Shown here one piece after another: positions 46,871-57,174 of a DNA stretch of 64,000 nucleotides. The stretch spans positions 1,735 to 65,734 of the forward strand of contig CAYJXA010000006.1 in the NCBI GenBank assembly GCA_964373955.1, in the 5' to 3' direction. This DNA comes from an uncultured Methanosarcinales archaeon. GTDB lineage: Archaea > Nanobdellota > Nanobdellia > Woesearchaeales > GW2011-AR9. Below the pieces are notes generated by a model, which was not told where the DNA came from, ran no database searches, and worked only from the letters and a program-made list of their open reading frames with translations. Position 1 is the first letter of the stretch. Every line of letters begins with the position of its first letter. Position numbers and translations under genes: made by a program.

Positions 46871-47521
46871 ATGACTAATATCAATAAATTAACGTGGGAC
46901 TACATTGATCACCATATCGAAATTAAGAAGCTTCTGATCGAGGAGTTGGTGAACGCTAGTGCTCTCGCACGAAAAATAGCCAAAGAACAGCATTTGGAAC
47001 ACAACATTGATGCTATTATTAGCGCTATCCGCCGTTATGAGGGTAAGAAAGAAATTAAAAAGGAATTTTATACTTTATATGAACTGGTACGGAGAGCAAA
47101 GATTTCCACAAAAACAAAATTAGTTTCTTTACTCATTCGTCGAACTGATGACACTGAAAAGAAAGTTGCTTCTATGTACTCTAAGATCTCATTTCGGAGA
47201 GATGTTACTCTAAGAACATTTGAGATTACAAATCATATTAAAATAGTAGTGGATGCAGAATATTTAAATTCAATTAAATCTTTATTTCTTCCTAAAGAAA
47301 TTGAACATCTTGAAAAAGATTTAGGGGAATTGGCAATCAATTATGCTGATGACATCACTAAAATCCCCGGCCTTTTTGTATTGCTTTGCAATGAGTTAGC
47401 TCTCCATGATATAAGTATTATTGACTCTATGATTTGCCATTGGGAACACCTTCTCATCTTTAAAGAAGAAGATTTAGAAAAAGCCTTTCAAGTTATCTTT
47501 CAGTTGACGAAGATGAAATAG
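46871..47521 (+). CDS. Hypothetical ACT-like domain protein, paralog of 11165..11803
   Basis: See 11165..11803. Confidence 0.35.
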   Translation: MTNINKLTWDYIDHHIEIKKLLIEELVNASALARKIAKEQHLEHNIDAIISAIRRYEGKKEIKKEFYTLYELVRRAKISTKTKLVSLLIRRTDDTEKKVASMYSKISFRRDVTLRTFEITNHIKIVVDAEYLNSIKSLFLPKEIEHLEKDLGELAINYADDITKIPGLFVLLCNELALHDISIIDSMICHWEHLLIFKEEDLEKAFQVIFQLTKMK

Positions 47522-47526
47522 AAAGA

Positions 47527-47958
47527 TTACCTCTCTTCATCATCAAAATCTTCTTCTTCCTCTGATATCTTTCCTTTCTTACCCTTCAATTTTTTCAACT
47601 TTTTCGTCAGCGCAATCTTAGCATTGCAATGCTGACAGGTAACAAGATACGATGGAACGCCTTGAAAACTCTTGCGCTTGTATTCTCCAGTGGATTCCCC
47701 TTCCTTCCCACATTCAGGACAGGTGTATTGCGCTTCTAATTTCAGGCTAGCTTCATGCTGTTCTTTCTGTTCTGTATACCCGCAGCTGGGACAGACATAC
47801 TCTTTAGCTCTGATCTTAACCGATCCTTTCTCCACGGGCTTGCCCATTTTGGCTTTCTTGCATTTCGGGCAGAGCTTGCGGTAAACCCACGCTATAATAT
47901 CTCCCCGATTCGTAAAGTACAAACATTCTTCCATTGATTCCGGCATTCGTAATCCCAT
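47527..47958 (-). CDS. Multi-CxxC zinc-ribbon protein with acidic C-terminal tail
   Basis: Four CxxC pairs (CPKCKK, CPSCG, CPECG, CQHCN); EEEEDFDDEER tail. Confidence 0.45.
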   Translation of the reverse strand: MGLRMPESMEECLYFTNRGDIIAWVYRKLCPKCKKAKMGKPVEKGSVKIRAKEYVCPSCGYTEQKEQHEASLKLEAQYTCPECGKEGESTGEYKRKSFQGVPSYLVTCQHCNAKIALTKKLKKLKGKKGKISEEEEDFDDEER

Positions 47959-48419
47959 TTTAATGTACCTCTTTTTGGAACAGCACTTCTTTAATCACCT
48001 GGATTGGAATAGCTTCTAATAAGAACCCTCCTTGAGGGTCGCAGAAGGTATAGCGAATATTGGACCAATCGGTTAGTTCAACCCCGCATAGTTCTAGCCC
48101 GCAGGATCTTGAAAAAGTAGGCGTAATCAATTCCATTTTCAATCAAACACGTCTTTTATTTTTAATTCTTTTGGTCAAAGTGAATTCCTAATCCCCGCTA
48201 TCGTATACCCTCCCAATCCATCATTGAAAGCATACACTATTTCTATTTGCGGATAGTTCTCATCGCATAATGCAATTTTGGTTAGAAAGACATCCTTCTT
48301 CCAGCAAAAAGCTTCTACTAGAGGGATATCTCGAAGGAGTTGTTCTAGATACACTCTTCCGGCTTCCGGTCCGGTTACTATTCTATTATCTAATATTCCA
48401 TCATCCGATGGAGGAATCA

Positions 48420-49238
48420 TCATTGTTGTTCCCTCTTTAATTCGATTGAAATTGCCGGTTTATTGATTCGGATATAGCGGGGGCATTCGGTGTAGTGATG
48501 TTTATTTTTGGTACAGTAGCCTATAATCTCTTGTTTTTTTTCTGTAGTATTATACTCCACTACCACTACAAAACCGGTATCTTTTGGATAGAGAATGTTA
48601 AAACCATCAAGGTCTTTCATGATTTTATCTCTCAGCGTCTGTAAATAAGCAATCCGTTGGGGAAGTTGGAGTAATTGTCGATGTATTGTATGCAGAGAGT
48701 TTTCATCATTGAAAATCTCTACTTTGGTTTTCACTTTTTCCCACATCAATTCACTCTTAGCCGAAATAAATCCCCCTACTTTCGCTTCCACCAACTTCCA
48801 TTCGCCAAAACTTCCTACCATGATATCTGCATACGTGCCATTGCAGAGCGGTGTGCCAATACCTCCCGAAACGTCCATAATAACTAGGCAATTATTTTTT
48901 GTACAGAGCTCATATATTTCTACCATCGGCTGTTCGGCAAAATATCCTCCCGGATTCTGATATAGAAAAGCTGCGCATTTTGTGGTTTTGAGTTTATCTT
49001 TCAGATCAGTAAGATTGATTTTTGCGTCGTCGCATTTAATCTCTTGTATTTTTAATCCCAATTGCACTGGAGCTTTCTTATAATGAATCCAGCCCCCTTC
49101 TTCAGGGATCAGAATGGTACTCCCCTCTGGAAAAATAGAGAGAGCAGAAGTAATAGCATTATTCCCGCGGGAAACTATTTCATTATGCTGATGTCCGGTT
49201 AACTGTTGCAACCTGCCTTTAATCTTTTCCTTTATCAT
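48420..49238 (-). CDS. Hypothetical protein, possibly PLP-dependent transferase-like
   Basis: Weak resemblance only (DVSGG...SFGEWK). Low confidence. Confidence 0.25.
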   Translation of the reverse strand: MIKEKIKGRLQQLTGHQHNEIVSRGNNAITSALSIFPEGSTILIPEEGGWIHYKKAPVQLGLKIQEIKCDDAKINLTDLKDKLKTTKCAAFLYQNPGGYFAEQPMVEIYELCTKNNCLVIMDVSGGIGTPLCNGTYADIMVGSFGEWKLVEAKVGGFISAKSELMWEKVKTKVEIFNDENSLHTIHRQLLQLPQRIAYLQTLRDKIMKDLDGFNILYPKDTGFVVVVEYNTTEKKQEIIGYCTKNKHHYTECPRYIRINKPAISIELKREQQ

Positions 49239-49263
49239 CTCACCCTAAAACAGAAGTCTCTTT

Positions 49264-50406
49264 TTATGCTTTGCGTGCTGGTTTTTTCTGAGTTAGGGAA
49301 ACCGGAGTGCCATATTTCAATCCGAGGGTAAGAAAGTATAGAATTCGTGCTTTGGCAACGATGCCTATTATTTTTCCTTTCTCTTCGACTGGAAAAAAAT
49401 CAAGCTGCTGTTCCGAAAAGCGCGTAAAGGCAGTATAGGCATTATCACTTTTCTTAAGGGAGGGAATTCTAGATAGTGGGATGGCAAGTTGCTCGAGGGT
49501 GGCAATATCCCTCATCTTTTCTGACATTCCTTCCAGTTGTCGTATGTCGAGTATTCCTGTAAAATGGTTATTCTTAACAATGAACGTAGAAAGATCCGAG
49601 ATAGAATGTTTCTCGAGGAAATCATTGAACCTCATTGCTGGATTAAGAGTGGGAAATTTCTTGGTAAGCACGGAACTGAGAGGTATTGGTTTAAGAACTT
49701 CTCTCACTAACACCTGTTCGTAACTCATCCCGGCAATGAAGTAGAGGAATACTCCTAATAATATAGGCCATACTCCTTCTCCTAAGCCGCTTAGTAAACT
49801 GAGGAGTCCCATGAAAATTAAGACGCCGGCGAAAAATTTTCCCCCCCGTGCGGCAATCCTCGTGGCTTTGGTGAGGTCTTTATAATAGGCATGAAGTATA
49901 GCCCGGAAAGCTCTTCCTCCGTCCAGTGGGAACCCGGGGACAAGGTTAAAAAAAGCCACCACCAGATTTAGTTGATACAAATAGAAGGTGATGGCCGTCA
50001 AGATTATGTTTCCATTGAATAGATGTATGGCATAGAATATTCCTGCTAACAGGAGGGAAAATAAAGGCCCGGCAATAGCCATTAGAAATTCTGAGCTTGG
50101 TTTTAAGTCTTCATCGCTGATACTGGCAACCCCGCCGAAGAAGAATAGAGTTATACTTTCTACTTTAATTCTTTTTGCTTTGGCCACCAGTGAATGGCTT
50201 AATTCATGCAGTACTACTGAAACAAAAAGCAAGAACGCTGCCACTATCCCCATCAGCCAATAAATAGTGGTGCTTAGTTCAGGAGTTATTTTTGGAAAAA
50301 AGGAAGTAGCTAGATTCCAGGTGATGAATAGGAAAATAAACCACCAGGAAAAATGGAGCTTAAGGTCTATTCCAAAAATACGGATGATTTTATTTCCTCT
50401 TTGCAT
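49264..50406 (-). CDS. Site-2 protease (M50 family) with CBS domain pair
   Basis: HExxH in a TM helix (VVLHELSHSLVAK); multiple TM segments; C-terminal CBS pair. Confidence 0.7.
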   Translation of the reverse strand: MQRGNKIIRIFGIDLKLHFSWWFIFLFITWNLATSFFPKITPELSTTIYWLMGIVAAFLLFVSVVLHELSHSLVAKAKRIKVESITLFFFGGVASISDEDLKPSSEFLMAIAGPLFSLLLAGIFYAIHLFNGNIILTAITFYLYQLNLVVAFFNLVPGFPLDGGRAFRAILHAYYKDLTKATRIAARGGKFFAGVLIFMGLLSLLSGLGEGVWPILLGVFLYFIAGMSYEQVLVREVLKPIPLSSVLTKKFPTLNPAMRFNDFLEKHSISDLSTFIVKNNHFTGILDIRQLEGMSEKMRDIATLEQLAIPLSRIPSLKKSDNAYTAFTRFSEQQLDFFPVEEKGKIIGIVAKARILYFLTLGLKYGTPVSLTQKKPARKA

Positions 50407-50466
50407 GGCAAGATAAAGGTGGGACTGCTATTTAAAGATTTGGATTAAAGAAAAAATAAAGAAAAA

Positions 50467-52197
50467 TTAGGAGCAAACCGTGTACTCTGCTCCTGAAGTA
50501 AGCGTGCGCGTTTCACAACTATTAGTGCAATTTTCGACTGAGAGGAGGTCTAATCTACGTAAAACTCCCTGTCCGCTAGTATACGGGTAGTTCTCTCCAC
50601 AGACGTAAACCCCACGAAAAGTGTTCGTGCTATTTGTGAAGCACATTGTTGAGTTAAAAACAAGTGTGGAGTTGAATCCCCCAAGTGCTCCACTACCATC
50701 ATCCGTAATGATCCCACCATACCATCCATATCCAGTGCTCCACACTGAGCCGTATGAGATGTTGCCACTTAGGAAAGCAGTCCCTCCGGGGAGGGGCTGA
50801 TAGTTTATGTTATTGCGATAATAGCAATAAGGGGCGGTTAAATTAACTGTGCTTCCGGAGGGGGTTGAGGTTAAGCAACTTCCACCAGAACATGTTCTAC
50901 TGCAGTGATCTACCGATACTCCTTGAACAGAGCAATTGCCATATTGATATTGCCATTCCCTCCAAGCTCCATTGCAGCTAGCTATCGTTGAAGTAAATCC
51001 CGGGCTGCAACTAGCTGGTTGACAGGCACCATCAGAACAACTTGTGCCTGCTGGGCAATCTACTAATTCCCCTTGGGCAGTACTTGCATCGCTACAATAG
51101 AATTCAACCACTTGCCCTAATCGGCAATGATCACCTACCTGAGCTTGTCCTACGATTGATACTCTACCGATAGTACTATAATCTCTTCCCTCATCAGAGT
51201 CAACACAGGTTCCCGTAGGTAGATATTCATCTCCACCAGAGCCAGTCACTTGTACTTTATAATATCCATCGACAAATTGACAAGTAGAGAAACTGCTATC
51301 CCGACACTGAGCATCTGTATAAACAACTTGTCCTGGGCAGCCTTGATATACTTCAGATAATGATTGGGCGGAAGGGCAAATATATATCCCGTTACCGGTA
51401 ATGTTAGGGAAGTAGAGGTAATGCCTCCTACCGGCGGTATTTCCAACCACTATTTTTGTACCTCGTATTTGAATCACAAGAGAACTCGGCTCTGTAATAG
51501 TTTCTACACCCACAATGGGAGCACCATTCACCTGGACTATATTTTCTGTAGAAGTCCTTTGAACCTCGACACGAGGATTAGGTGACCCTTCCACGGTTAC
51601 TGAAGGCAGGGGGATTGTGCACACGCCTGATTGGCAAGTTTCCCCAGTAGCACATCGTACATCCGCAGGACAGCTGGAGCAGTTTTCTCCAGGGTCAATG
51701 ACTCTGTTTCCGCAGGTGCGAACACATCGTCCTAATTGACACGATTGACCTTCTCGACAAGTTACATCTGCAGGGCAATTTGAACAAGTTTCAGTGCGAT
51801 CTATTCGTCCATTACCACAACTGGAAGCAGGAGCAAGGCATACTCCATTACTACAACGTTCAGTCCCTTCACATTGAATTCGACATCGCCGTAAAGCCGT
51901 TGAACTAGCGCAACTCCAATTCACTGCTAAAGTGCTGCGGCTGCAAAGATCAGCGTAGGTGTAGGTTTGAACAATACCTGTTTTCCCTCCGAACGCTACT
52001 ACTATGCTTCCATTAGGCAGTTCAGTGCAAGAAGATACTCTGGCGTCACTACACCCTACTTGAATGGCTTGTCCAGCGATAGCGCTCTCGCCAAATAATT
52101 CTTTTTCTCCTGGACTCACTGTTTCTGCCCGGGGAGCACAAGCGATAATAAGTAAACATAGAAATAATATTAAACTAGCTAATATATATCTATTCAT
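50467..52197 (-). CDS. Secreted Cys-rich tandem-repeat protein (576 aa)
   Basis: Signal peptide. Repeated C..CP.DV.C..G..CQ.G.C modules (CSNCPADVTCREGQSCQLGRC / CSSCPADVRCATGETCQSGVC). Confidence 0.6.
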   Translation of the reverse strand: MNRYILASLILFLCLLIIACAPRAETVSPGEKELFGESAIAGQAIQVGCSDARVSSCTELPNGSIVVAFGGKTGIVQTYTYADLCSRSTLAVNWSCASSTALRRCRIQCEGTERCSNGVCLAPASSCGNGRIDRTETCSNCPADVTCREGQSCQLGRCVRTCGNRVIDPGENCSSCPADVRCATGETCQSGVCTIPLPSVTVEGSPNPRVEVQRTSTENIVQVNGAPIVGVETITEPSSLVIQIRGTKIVVGNTAGRRHYLYFPNITGNGIYICPSAQSLSEVYQGCPGQVVYTDAQCRDSSFSTCQFVDGYYKVQVTGSGGDEYLPTGTCVDSDEGRDYSTIGRVSIVGQAQVGDHCRLGQVVEFYCSDASTAQGELVDCPAGTSCSDGACQPASCSPGFTSTIASCNGAWREWQYQYGNCSVQGVSVDHCSRTCSGGSCLTSTPSGSTVNLTAPYCYYRNNINYQPLPGGTAFLSGNISYGSVWSTGYGWYGGIITDDGSGALGGFNSTLVFNSTMCFTNSTNTFRGVYVCGENYPYTSGQGVLRRLDLLSVENCTNSCETRTLTSGAEYTVCS

Positions 52198-52264
52198 AGT
52201 TACACCTCTTTATTGCTATTTTGTGAAAGGGAAAGCAGTTAATATAGTTTTCTATTATCCGGGA

Positions 52265-53014
52265 CTACTCCAATTCAAATTCAACTTCTCTGATTCCTCC
52301 CTCAAATGATTGAAACAGGATGGAGTTAATGGTGATCGTAACACCGGAAGAATAAGTAAAACTGTCTCCTTCTCCTAGCCAATCGCCGCGTTGCCCATTT
52401 AAGGTAATCCTAGCTTGGCCTTGCTCCATCGTGTAAATGCTTACGGAATATTCAGTGCCTCCCACTTCTACTGTGACTGTCTCCCCAGCACTCACGGTAT
52501 TAAAATTCTGTTGTGGAGGCGGGTTTGAGGAAGAGCTTGCGGTTTCATTTTGAGTTTCTGTCCTAGTACTGGATGCATTTTTACATTGTGCGTTTTCACA
52601 GCCATAATCACATTTAGTTTCTGAAATCCAAGAGCAATCTTCTAGCTGATATCCTTTGACATAATTTCCGTGGCATTTAAAGCCCACGGTGCAGCTTGGA
52701 GGCGAACGGCATGTTCCATTGGTGCAACCAAATCTACAATCCTGCCGCTGGCCAAAACTGCAATTCTCATATCGATACATTTTCTGGGTAGAACTCAGAC
52801 AAACCCACGCAGCAGGGCATAATCCTGTAGGTGTATTGATGGTGTTCTGTTCTTCTAATTCCGCGGAATCTGCGGTTTCATTTGGCGGCATGCTTGCAGA
52901 ATCTAGGGGTACGTCATCTGTTGCCTGCTCTTGTTCGTTAACGGTTTCAGAAGTGCAACTAAGCACGAGTAGAAATAAGATCATTAGTAAAATACTAGGA
53001 GCTTTCATATCCAT
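52265..53014 (-). CDS. Secreted Cys-rich protein (about 250 aa)
   Basis: Start reassigned to MDMKAPSILLMILFLLVLSC (signal peptide). Repeated C...C.FGC.NG.C and C.YGCENAQC modules. Confidence 0.5.
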   Translation of the reverse strand: MDMKAPSILLMILFLLVLSCTSETVNEQEQATDDVPLDSASMPPNETADSAELEEQNTINTPTGLCPAAWVCLSSTQKMYRYENCSFGQRQDCRFGCTNGTCRSPPSCTVGFKCHGNYVKGYQLEDCSWISETKCDYGCENAQCKNASSTRTETQNETASSSSNPPPQQNFNTVSAGETVTVEVGGTEYSVSIYTMEQGQARITLNGQRGDWLGEGDSFTYSSGVTITINSILFQSFEGGIREVEFELE

Positions 53015-53104
53015 CCTCTTTAGGGGAAGTAAGTCTAAATCATTTAAATATGTTCCTTTTTTTCTGACAGAAACCTTATAAAATAATAGGCATATGAGGG
53101 AGAA

Positions 53105-53431
53105 ATGTTCTGCAAAACCTGTGGAAGTCTTCTTGTACTCGAAAAGAATTCTTATGGCAAATGGATGAAATGCCCCCTGGGACATGCTCAGCCGGAATTA
53201 AATCAAGAAGAAAATGTTCTCACTACTGAAAATAAAGAGCAAGCCAAGCGCATTGAGGTAATGGACGGAGAGAATATCTTGGCAGTGCATAATCATAAAT
53301 GCAAACGGTGTGGATATGATAGAGCAGAACTCATTGAGATTAGTTGTTCTTATTCTGATGAAGATAATATGTATCGCATGAAGTGCGGCAGATGCGGATT
53401 GGTGGAACAATTGGAAGGGAAGGTGAAGTAA
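53105..53431 (+). CDS. TFS/RpoM-like zinc-ribbon paralog
   Basis: Same N-terminus as TFS (MFCKTCGSLL versus MFCPKCGSLL). C-terminal ribbon CKRCG...SYSDEDN...CGRCG is shorter and lacks the QxTR(S/G)ADE hairpin. Confidence 0.5.
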   Translation: MFCKTCGSLLVLEKNSYGKWMKCPLGHAQPELNQEENVLTTENKEQAKRIEVMDGENILAVHNHKCKRCGYDRAELIEISCSYSDEDNMYRMKCGRCGLVEQLEGKVK

Positions 53432-54121
53432 TCATTTTCTGTTCCAGTTGATTTTTTTGAGGTAGGCACCAGTATTTTTAAGTTGTTGCTGGATTAGTCT
53501 CTCTAATTGCCGCTTTTTCTCTATTGAAGAGGTTCGATACAACTGTTTAATATTGGAAAATACCTTTTGGTAGCGCTCCAATGAAATGGTTATCACTTTA
53601 TCTTTAATAATCAGATACCTTGCGGGGAGCCGCCGTATCGTCAACCATAATAATGCAATTACAAATAATATAGTTAAGGGAAGATCGAGATATTCCGGAA
53701 CCAGTTTGGTCGACTTTTCCAAGAAAAGGGGAATGGGTAGAAGAACACTATAGAAAAGAGCTACGAGGATGAACCAGTAGAATGAATGTAACAGATCGAC
53801 ATACCCCGATAGATTAAAGCGTGCTGAGGAATAATCCCACACTTTTACTTGAATCACCCTTTCCATAAATACGCCCCCGAGATATTCAACAATGATCATT
53901 CCTATAGATCCGATAATAAGGAGGGGGATGAGTCCTAGGAAGGAAACTGTTTTGTACAAGAGTATGAGCACTAAAGCGCCAATTCCATAGATTGGACAGA
54001 AAGGCATACCGAAATAACCCGTATTTCTCCAGCGGTGAGAGCTGATTCCGTTGTAGAGAAGGTCAAGTATTCCTCCTATCATTGAGAAGAGGAGGAACTC
54101 TATTAAGTATATTGTGATCAT
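53432..54121 (-). CDS. Polytopic membrane protein
   Basis: 229 aa, at least 5 TM helices. Confidence 0.4.
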   Translation of the reverse strand: MITIYLIEFLLFSMIGGILDLLYNGISSHRWRNTGYFGMPFCPIYGIGALVLILLYKTVSFLGLIPLLIIGSIGMIIVEYLGGVFMERVIQVKVWDYSSARFNLSGYVDLLHSFYWFILVALFYSVLLPIPLFLEKSTKLVPEYLDLPLTILFVIALLWLTIRRLPARYLIIKDKVITISLERYQKVFSNIKQLYRTSSIEKKRQLERLIQQQLKNTGAYLKKINWNRK

Positions 54122-54154
54122 AAACCTTAAAGAGAATAAGATGCTATTTATAGT

Positions 54155-55642
54155 TTACCCTTTCACATTCCCAATTGGTTTTAAGGCAACAACTCGCCTG
54201 GTAATGTTTGCTGCCTCCAAACTATCAACAACTACTTCAATATCTTTATACGCCTTCCCGGCTTCTTCTGCCAACCCAGCCATGGTTACGCCATGCACGT
54301 AGATACCGCGTTTTTCCATGTCCTTCTGCAGCTGATCTCCCCGCCAGAGATGTTTTGCCTTTGCTCTACTCATAGTTCTCCCCGCTCCATGTGCGGTAGA
54401 AGCAAATACCTCATCGGCTTCATTCGTTCCTACCAATAAATAAGATCCTGTTTCCATGGAGCCACCTAAAATCACCGGCTGACCTACTTGTGCATAATCA
54501 ACTGGGAGGGATGATGCGTGTTTTGGCCCAAAGGCCCTGGTTGATCCCTTCCGGTGGACGAGTAGCGTTTTCTCTTTTCCATTAACTTTATATTTTTCCA
54601 ACTTGGCAATATTGTGAGCAACATCGTACACTAATTTCATGCCCAGTTCTTCTGCGCTTTTGCCAAATACATGACTAAAGACTTTTCGAATCTGGTGCGT
54701 AATGACTTGCCTGTTGGCAAAAGCCATGTTTGCGGCGCAGGCCATTGCTTGATAATAATCCTGTCCTTCTTTGGAATTGAAAGGAGCGCAGGCTAATTCT
54801 TTGTCCAGAATCTCAATCCCATACTTTGGCATGACCTCTAAAAATATTTTCAGATAATCCGTTCCAACTTGATGCCCCATACCCCGACTGCCGCAATGGA
54901 CCATAATAACAATTTGCCCTGGCCCCGTAATACCCATGGCTTTGGCTGCTTCTTTGTCAAAGATGTTTCCTTCCCGCACTTCCTGAATCTCTAAGTAATG
55001 ATTTCCGCTTCCTAATGTGCCTAGCTGATCGAAACCGCGCTGCACTGCTTTGTCAGAAACTTTGTCAGGATTAGCTTGCGCGATCTTTCCCTGATCTTCA
55101 ATGTGTTCTATATCTGATTCCCAGGCATAGCCGTTCTTTAGACACCATTGCGCGCCATCACGCATAACCTCTTTGAATTGCTCTTTGGTGAGTTTGACGA
55201 AGCCTTTGCAGCCGACACCGGCAGGAACGGCTTTGTAGAGTTCATCAACTAGCTTATGGATGTGGGGTTTGACGTCTTTCGTGGTAAGGTTGGTGACGAT
55301 CAGGCGCATACCGCAATTAATATCAAAACCAATTCCACCGGGGGAGATAACTCCTCCATTTTCTACATCGAAAGCTGCTACTCCACCGATCGGGAATCCA
55401 TACCCCCAGTGCCCATCTGGCATGCAGTAAGCATATTTTTGGATTCCCGGCAAGCATGCTACGTTTGAAACCTGATTGAAGACGCCCGCGTCCATAGAAT
55501 CGATAAGTTCTTTATTCGCAATAATCCGCGCGGGAACGAGCATTCCTTTCTTATATGACGTAGGCAATTCCCACACTACCTCGCTGATCTGCTTTAATTC
55601 CGCAGGCGGACCCATTGGCTGGTTGGCTTGTTCTTCTTCCAT
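54155..55642 (-). CDS. rtcB: RNA-splicing ligase RtcB
   Basis: Motifs GIGFDINCGMR, HCGSRGMGHQVGTDY, HGAGR, and a Cys/His metal-ligand pattern typical of RtcB; 495 aa. Confidence 0.85.
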   Translation of the reverse strand: MEEEQANQPMGPPAELKQISEVVWELPTSYKKGMLVPARIIANKELIDSMDAGVFNQVSNVACLPGIQKYAYCMPDGHWGYGFPIGGVAAFDVENGGVISPGGIGFDINCGMRLIVTNLTTKDVKPHIHKLVDELYKAVPAGVGCKGFVKLTKEQFKEVMRDGAQWCLKNGYAWESDIEHIEDQGKIAQANPDKVSDKAVQRGFDQLGTLGSGNHYLEIQEVREGNIFDKEAAKAMGITGPGQIVIMVHCGSRGMGHQVGTDYLKIFLEVMPKYGIEILDKELACAPFNSKEGQDYYQAMACAANMAFANRQVITHQIRKVFSHVFGKSAEELGMKLVYDVAHNIAKLEKYKVNGKEKTLLVHRKGSTRAFGPKHASSLPVDYAQVGQPVILGGSMETGSYLLVGTNEADEVFASTAHGAGRTMSRAKAKHLWRGDQLQKDMEKRGIYVHGVTMAGLAEEAGKAYKDIEVVVDSLEAANITRRVVALKPIGNVKG

Positions 55643-55721
55643 GTATCTATTTCCCTAATAGAATGCTTATAAATCTTTTGCCGTCTCTTTCACAATCCTT
55701 ATAAAACTCTTTCTTGCCCTG

Positions 55722-56324
55722 ATGACTATGTTGAGCAAGCTGGAACTGAAACGGCAGTTGATGCACATTCTCGTAGGGATGATTACGGTCACACTAATCT
55801 ATTATAATCTCTTTAGTTCCTTTGCCATTTTCTTGCTCATCGTTATTGGCATACTCCTGAGCTTTTTATCTAAGCGGGTGTCTATCCCAGTTATATCCCA
55901 TTTCCTTGATCACTTCGAACGGGAAGAGCAAAAAAAGAATTTTCCCGGTAAGGGCACGATCTTTTTTTTCATTGGAGTGTTATTATCCTTGCAACTTTTT
56001 GAGCGTAATATTGCGTATGCTGCCATTATGGTGTTGACGTTTGGGGATTCGGTGAGTCATATGTTTGGCGCGCAGTTTGGAAAAATCAAAAATATTTTCA
56101 ATGGCAAAAGCAAGAAATTATTAGAAGGAACGCTCGCTGGAACTTTAGCAGGATTCTTTGGCGCGCTCTTTTTCGTTCCCGTTCCAGAAGCATTCCTTGG
56201 CAGTCTGGGGGCAATGATTGCGGAAGTGATTAAAATTGATTTTAACGATACTACTTTAGATGATAATTTAGTTGTTCCTTTAGTAGCAGGAACAGTGATG
56301 TTGTTGGTGGGGAAATTTATATGA
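55722..56324 (+). CDS. CTP-dependent polyprenol/dolichol kinase-like (CTP_transf_1 family) membrane protein, possibly CDP-archaeol synthase-related
   Basis: Multi-TM. C-terminal GDSVSHMFGAQFGKIKN...KSKKLLEGTLAGTLAGF resembles the dolichol kinase / CdsA family signature. Confidence 0.4.
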   Translation: MTMLSKLELKRQLMHILVGMITVTLIYYNLFSSFAIFLLIVIGILLSFLSKRVSIPVISHFLDHFEREEQKKNFPGKGTIFFFIGVLLSLQLFERNIAYAAIMVLTFGDSVSHMFGAQFGKIKNIFNGKSKKLLEGTLAGTLAGFFGALFFVPVPEAFLGSLGAMIAEVIKIDFNDTTLDDNLVVPLVAGTVMLLVGKFI

Positions 56325-56423
56325 TTATTCTACAATAATTTGTAATCTGTTTCTATCCAATGGCTCTAAAATCACTTCTTTCCCTTTTTCAAGAGAAAGG
56401 AATTCTGCTAAGGACTGGGGAAT

Positions 56424-56666
56424 TCACACGTCCAAAGCATTTCCTACTTCCGCCACCTTGCTTCTCGCTCTCAATTCCCACAACCCTCTTTTTTTGACCT
56501 CAACTTCTATTTTATCTGATGCTGCAGATTCAAATAAAGTTTCTCCGCAATGAATGCATACCAGAGCATCAAAATTGCCTACTGTTTCACCTAAGAAAAC
56601 ATAAGGAATTCTTTTTCTCGCATATCCTCCCATATTGCAGTTGGTGCATCTCATTTTATTTTCCAT
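56424..56666 (-). CDS. YgiT-type (MqsA N-domain-like) zinc-ribbon protein
   Basis: CTNCNMGGYARKRIPYVFLG...GNFDALVCIHCGETLFES follows the MqsA zinc-ribbon pattern. No HTH domain. Confidence 0.45.
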   Translation of the reverse strand: MENKMRCTNCNMGGYARKRIPYVFLGETVGNFDALVCIHCGETLFESAASDKIEVEVKKRGLWELRARSKVAEVGNALDV

Positions 56667-56775
56667 TATTTTGGTTTCATTTAAACATTTTGTTTATTTT
56701 AAGGCAAGAACGTCAACTTCTTATATGCCTGCGACCAGAACACAATCTTGCGGATGTTCTTAAAACGAGTGATAA

Positions 56776-57174
56776 TCATATTGATTGTATTCTCACATAT
56801 CTATTACGCAGAGGGGCGTAATCAGAGTCCTCAGAAAGTAAAAAATCACAGCCCGTTAACTTGGCAGTAGATGCAACTAAAGAATCTATCAAGGGGAGAT
56901 TATAACTATGCGAAATTCGTGCTGCTTCTTGTGCAATTGCTTTATCAAGTAAGATAAGTTCAACTTTTTCTGAGGCTTCCACTCCCTCAAAGAAGGTATC
57001 AATAAGCTCTTTAGAAATCCCTTTCTGCATCAATTTTTTATGGGTTTCTGCAAAAGTGATGATGGGTATAATAATCCTGGTCTTTCCCCTTTTTGTTTCT
57101 TCAATGATAGAAATAGCTTTAGGATTTTTTGAAAAAGCTTGTAATATAAACCAGGTATCTGCACAATATTTCAT
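56776..57174 (-). CDS. vapC: PIN-domain toxin VapC
   Basis: 132 aa; conserved acidic residues (D6, E, D...SED) typical of the PIN fold; overlaps the upstream antitoxin gene by 4 nt. Confidence 0.65.
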   Translation of the reverse strand: MKYCADTWFILQAFSKNPKAISIIEETKRGKTRIIIPIITFAETHKKLMQKGISKELIDTFFEGVEASEKVELILLDKAIAQEAARISHSYNLPLIDSLVASTAKLTGCDFLLSEDSDYAPLRNRYVRIQSI

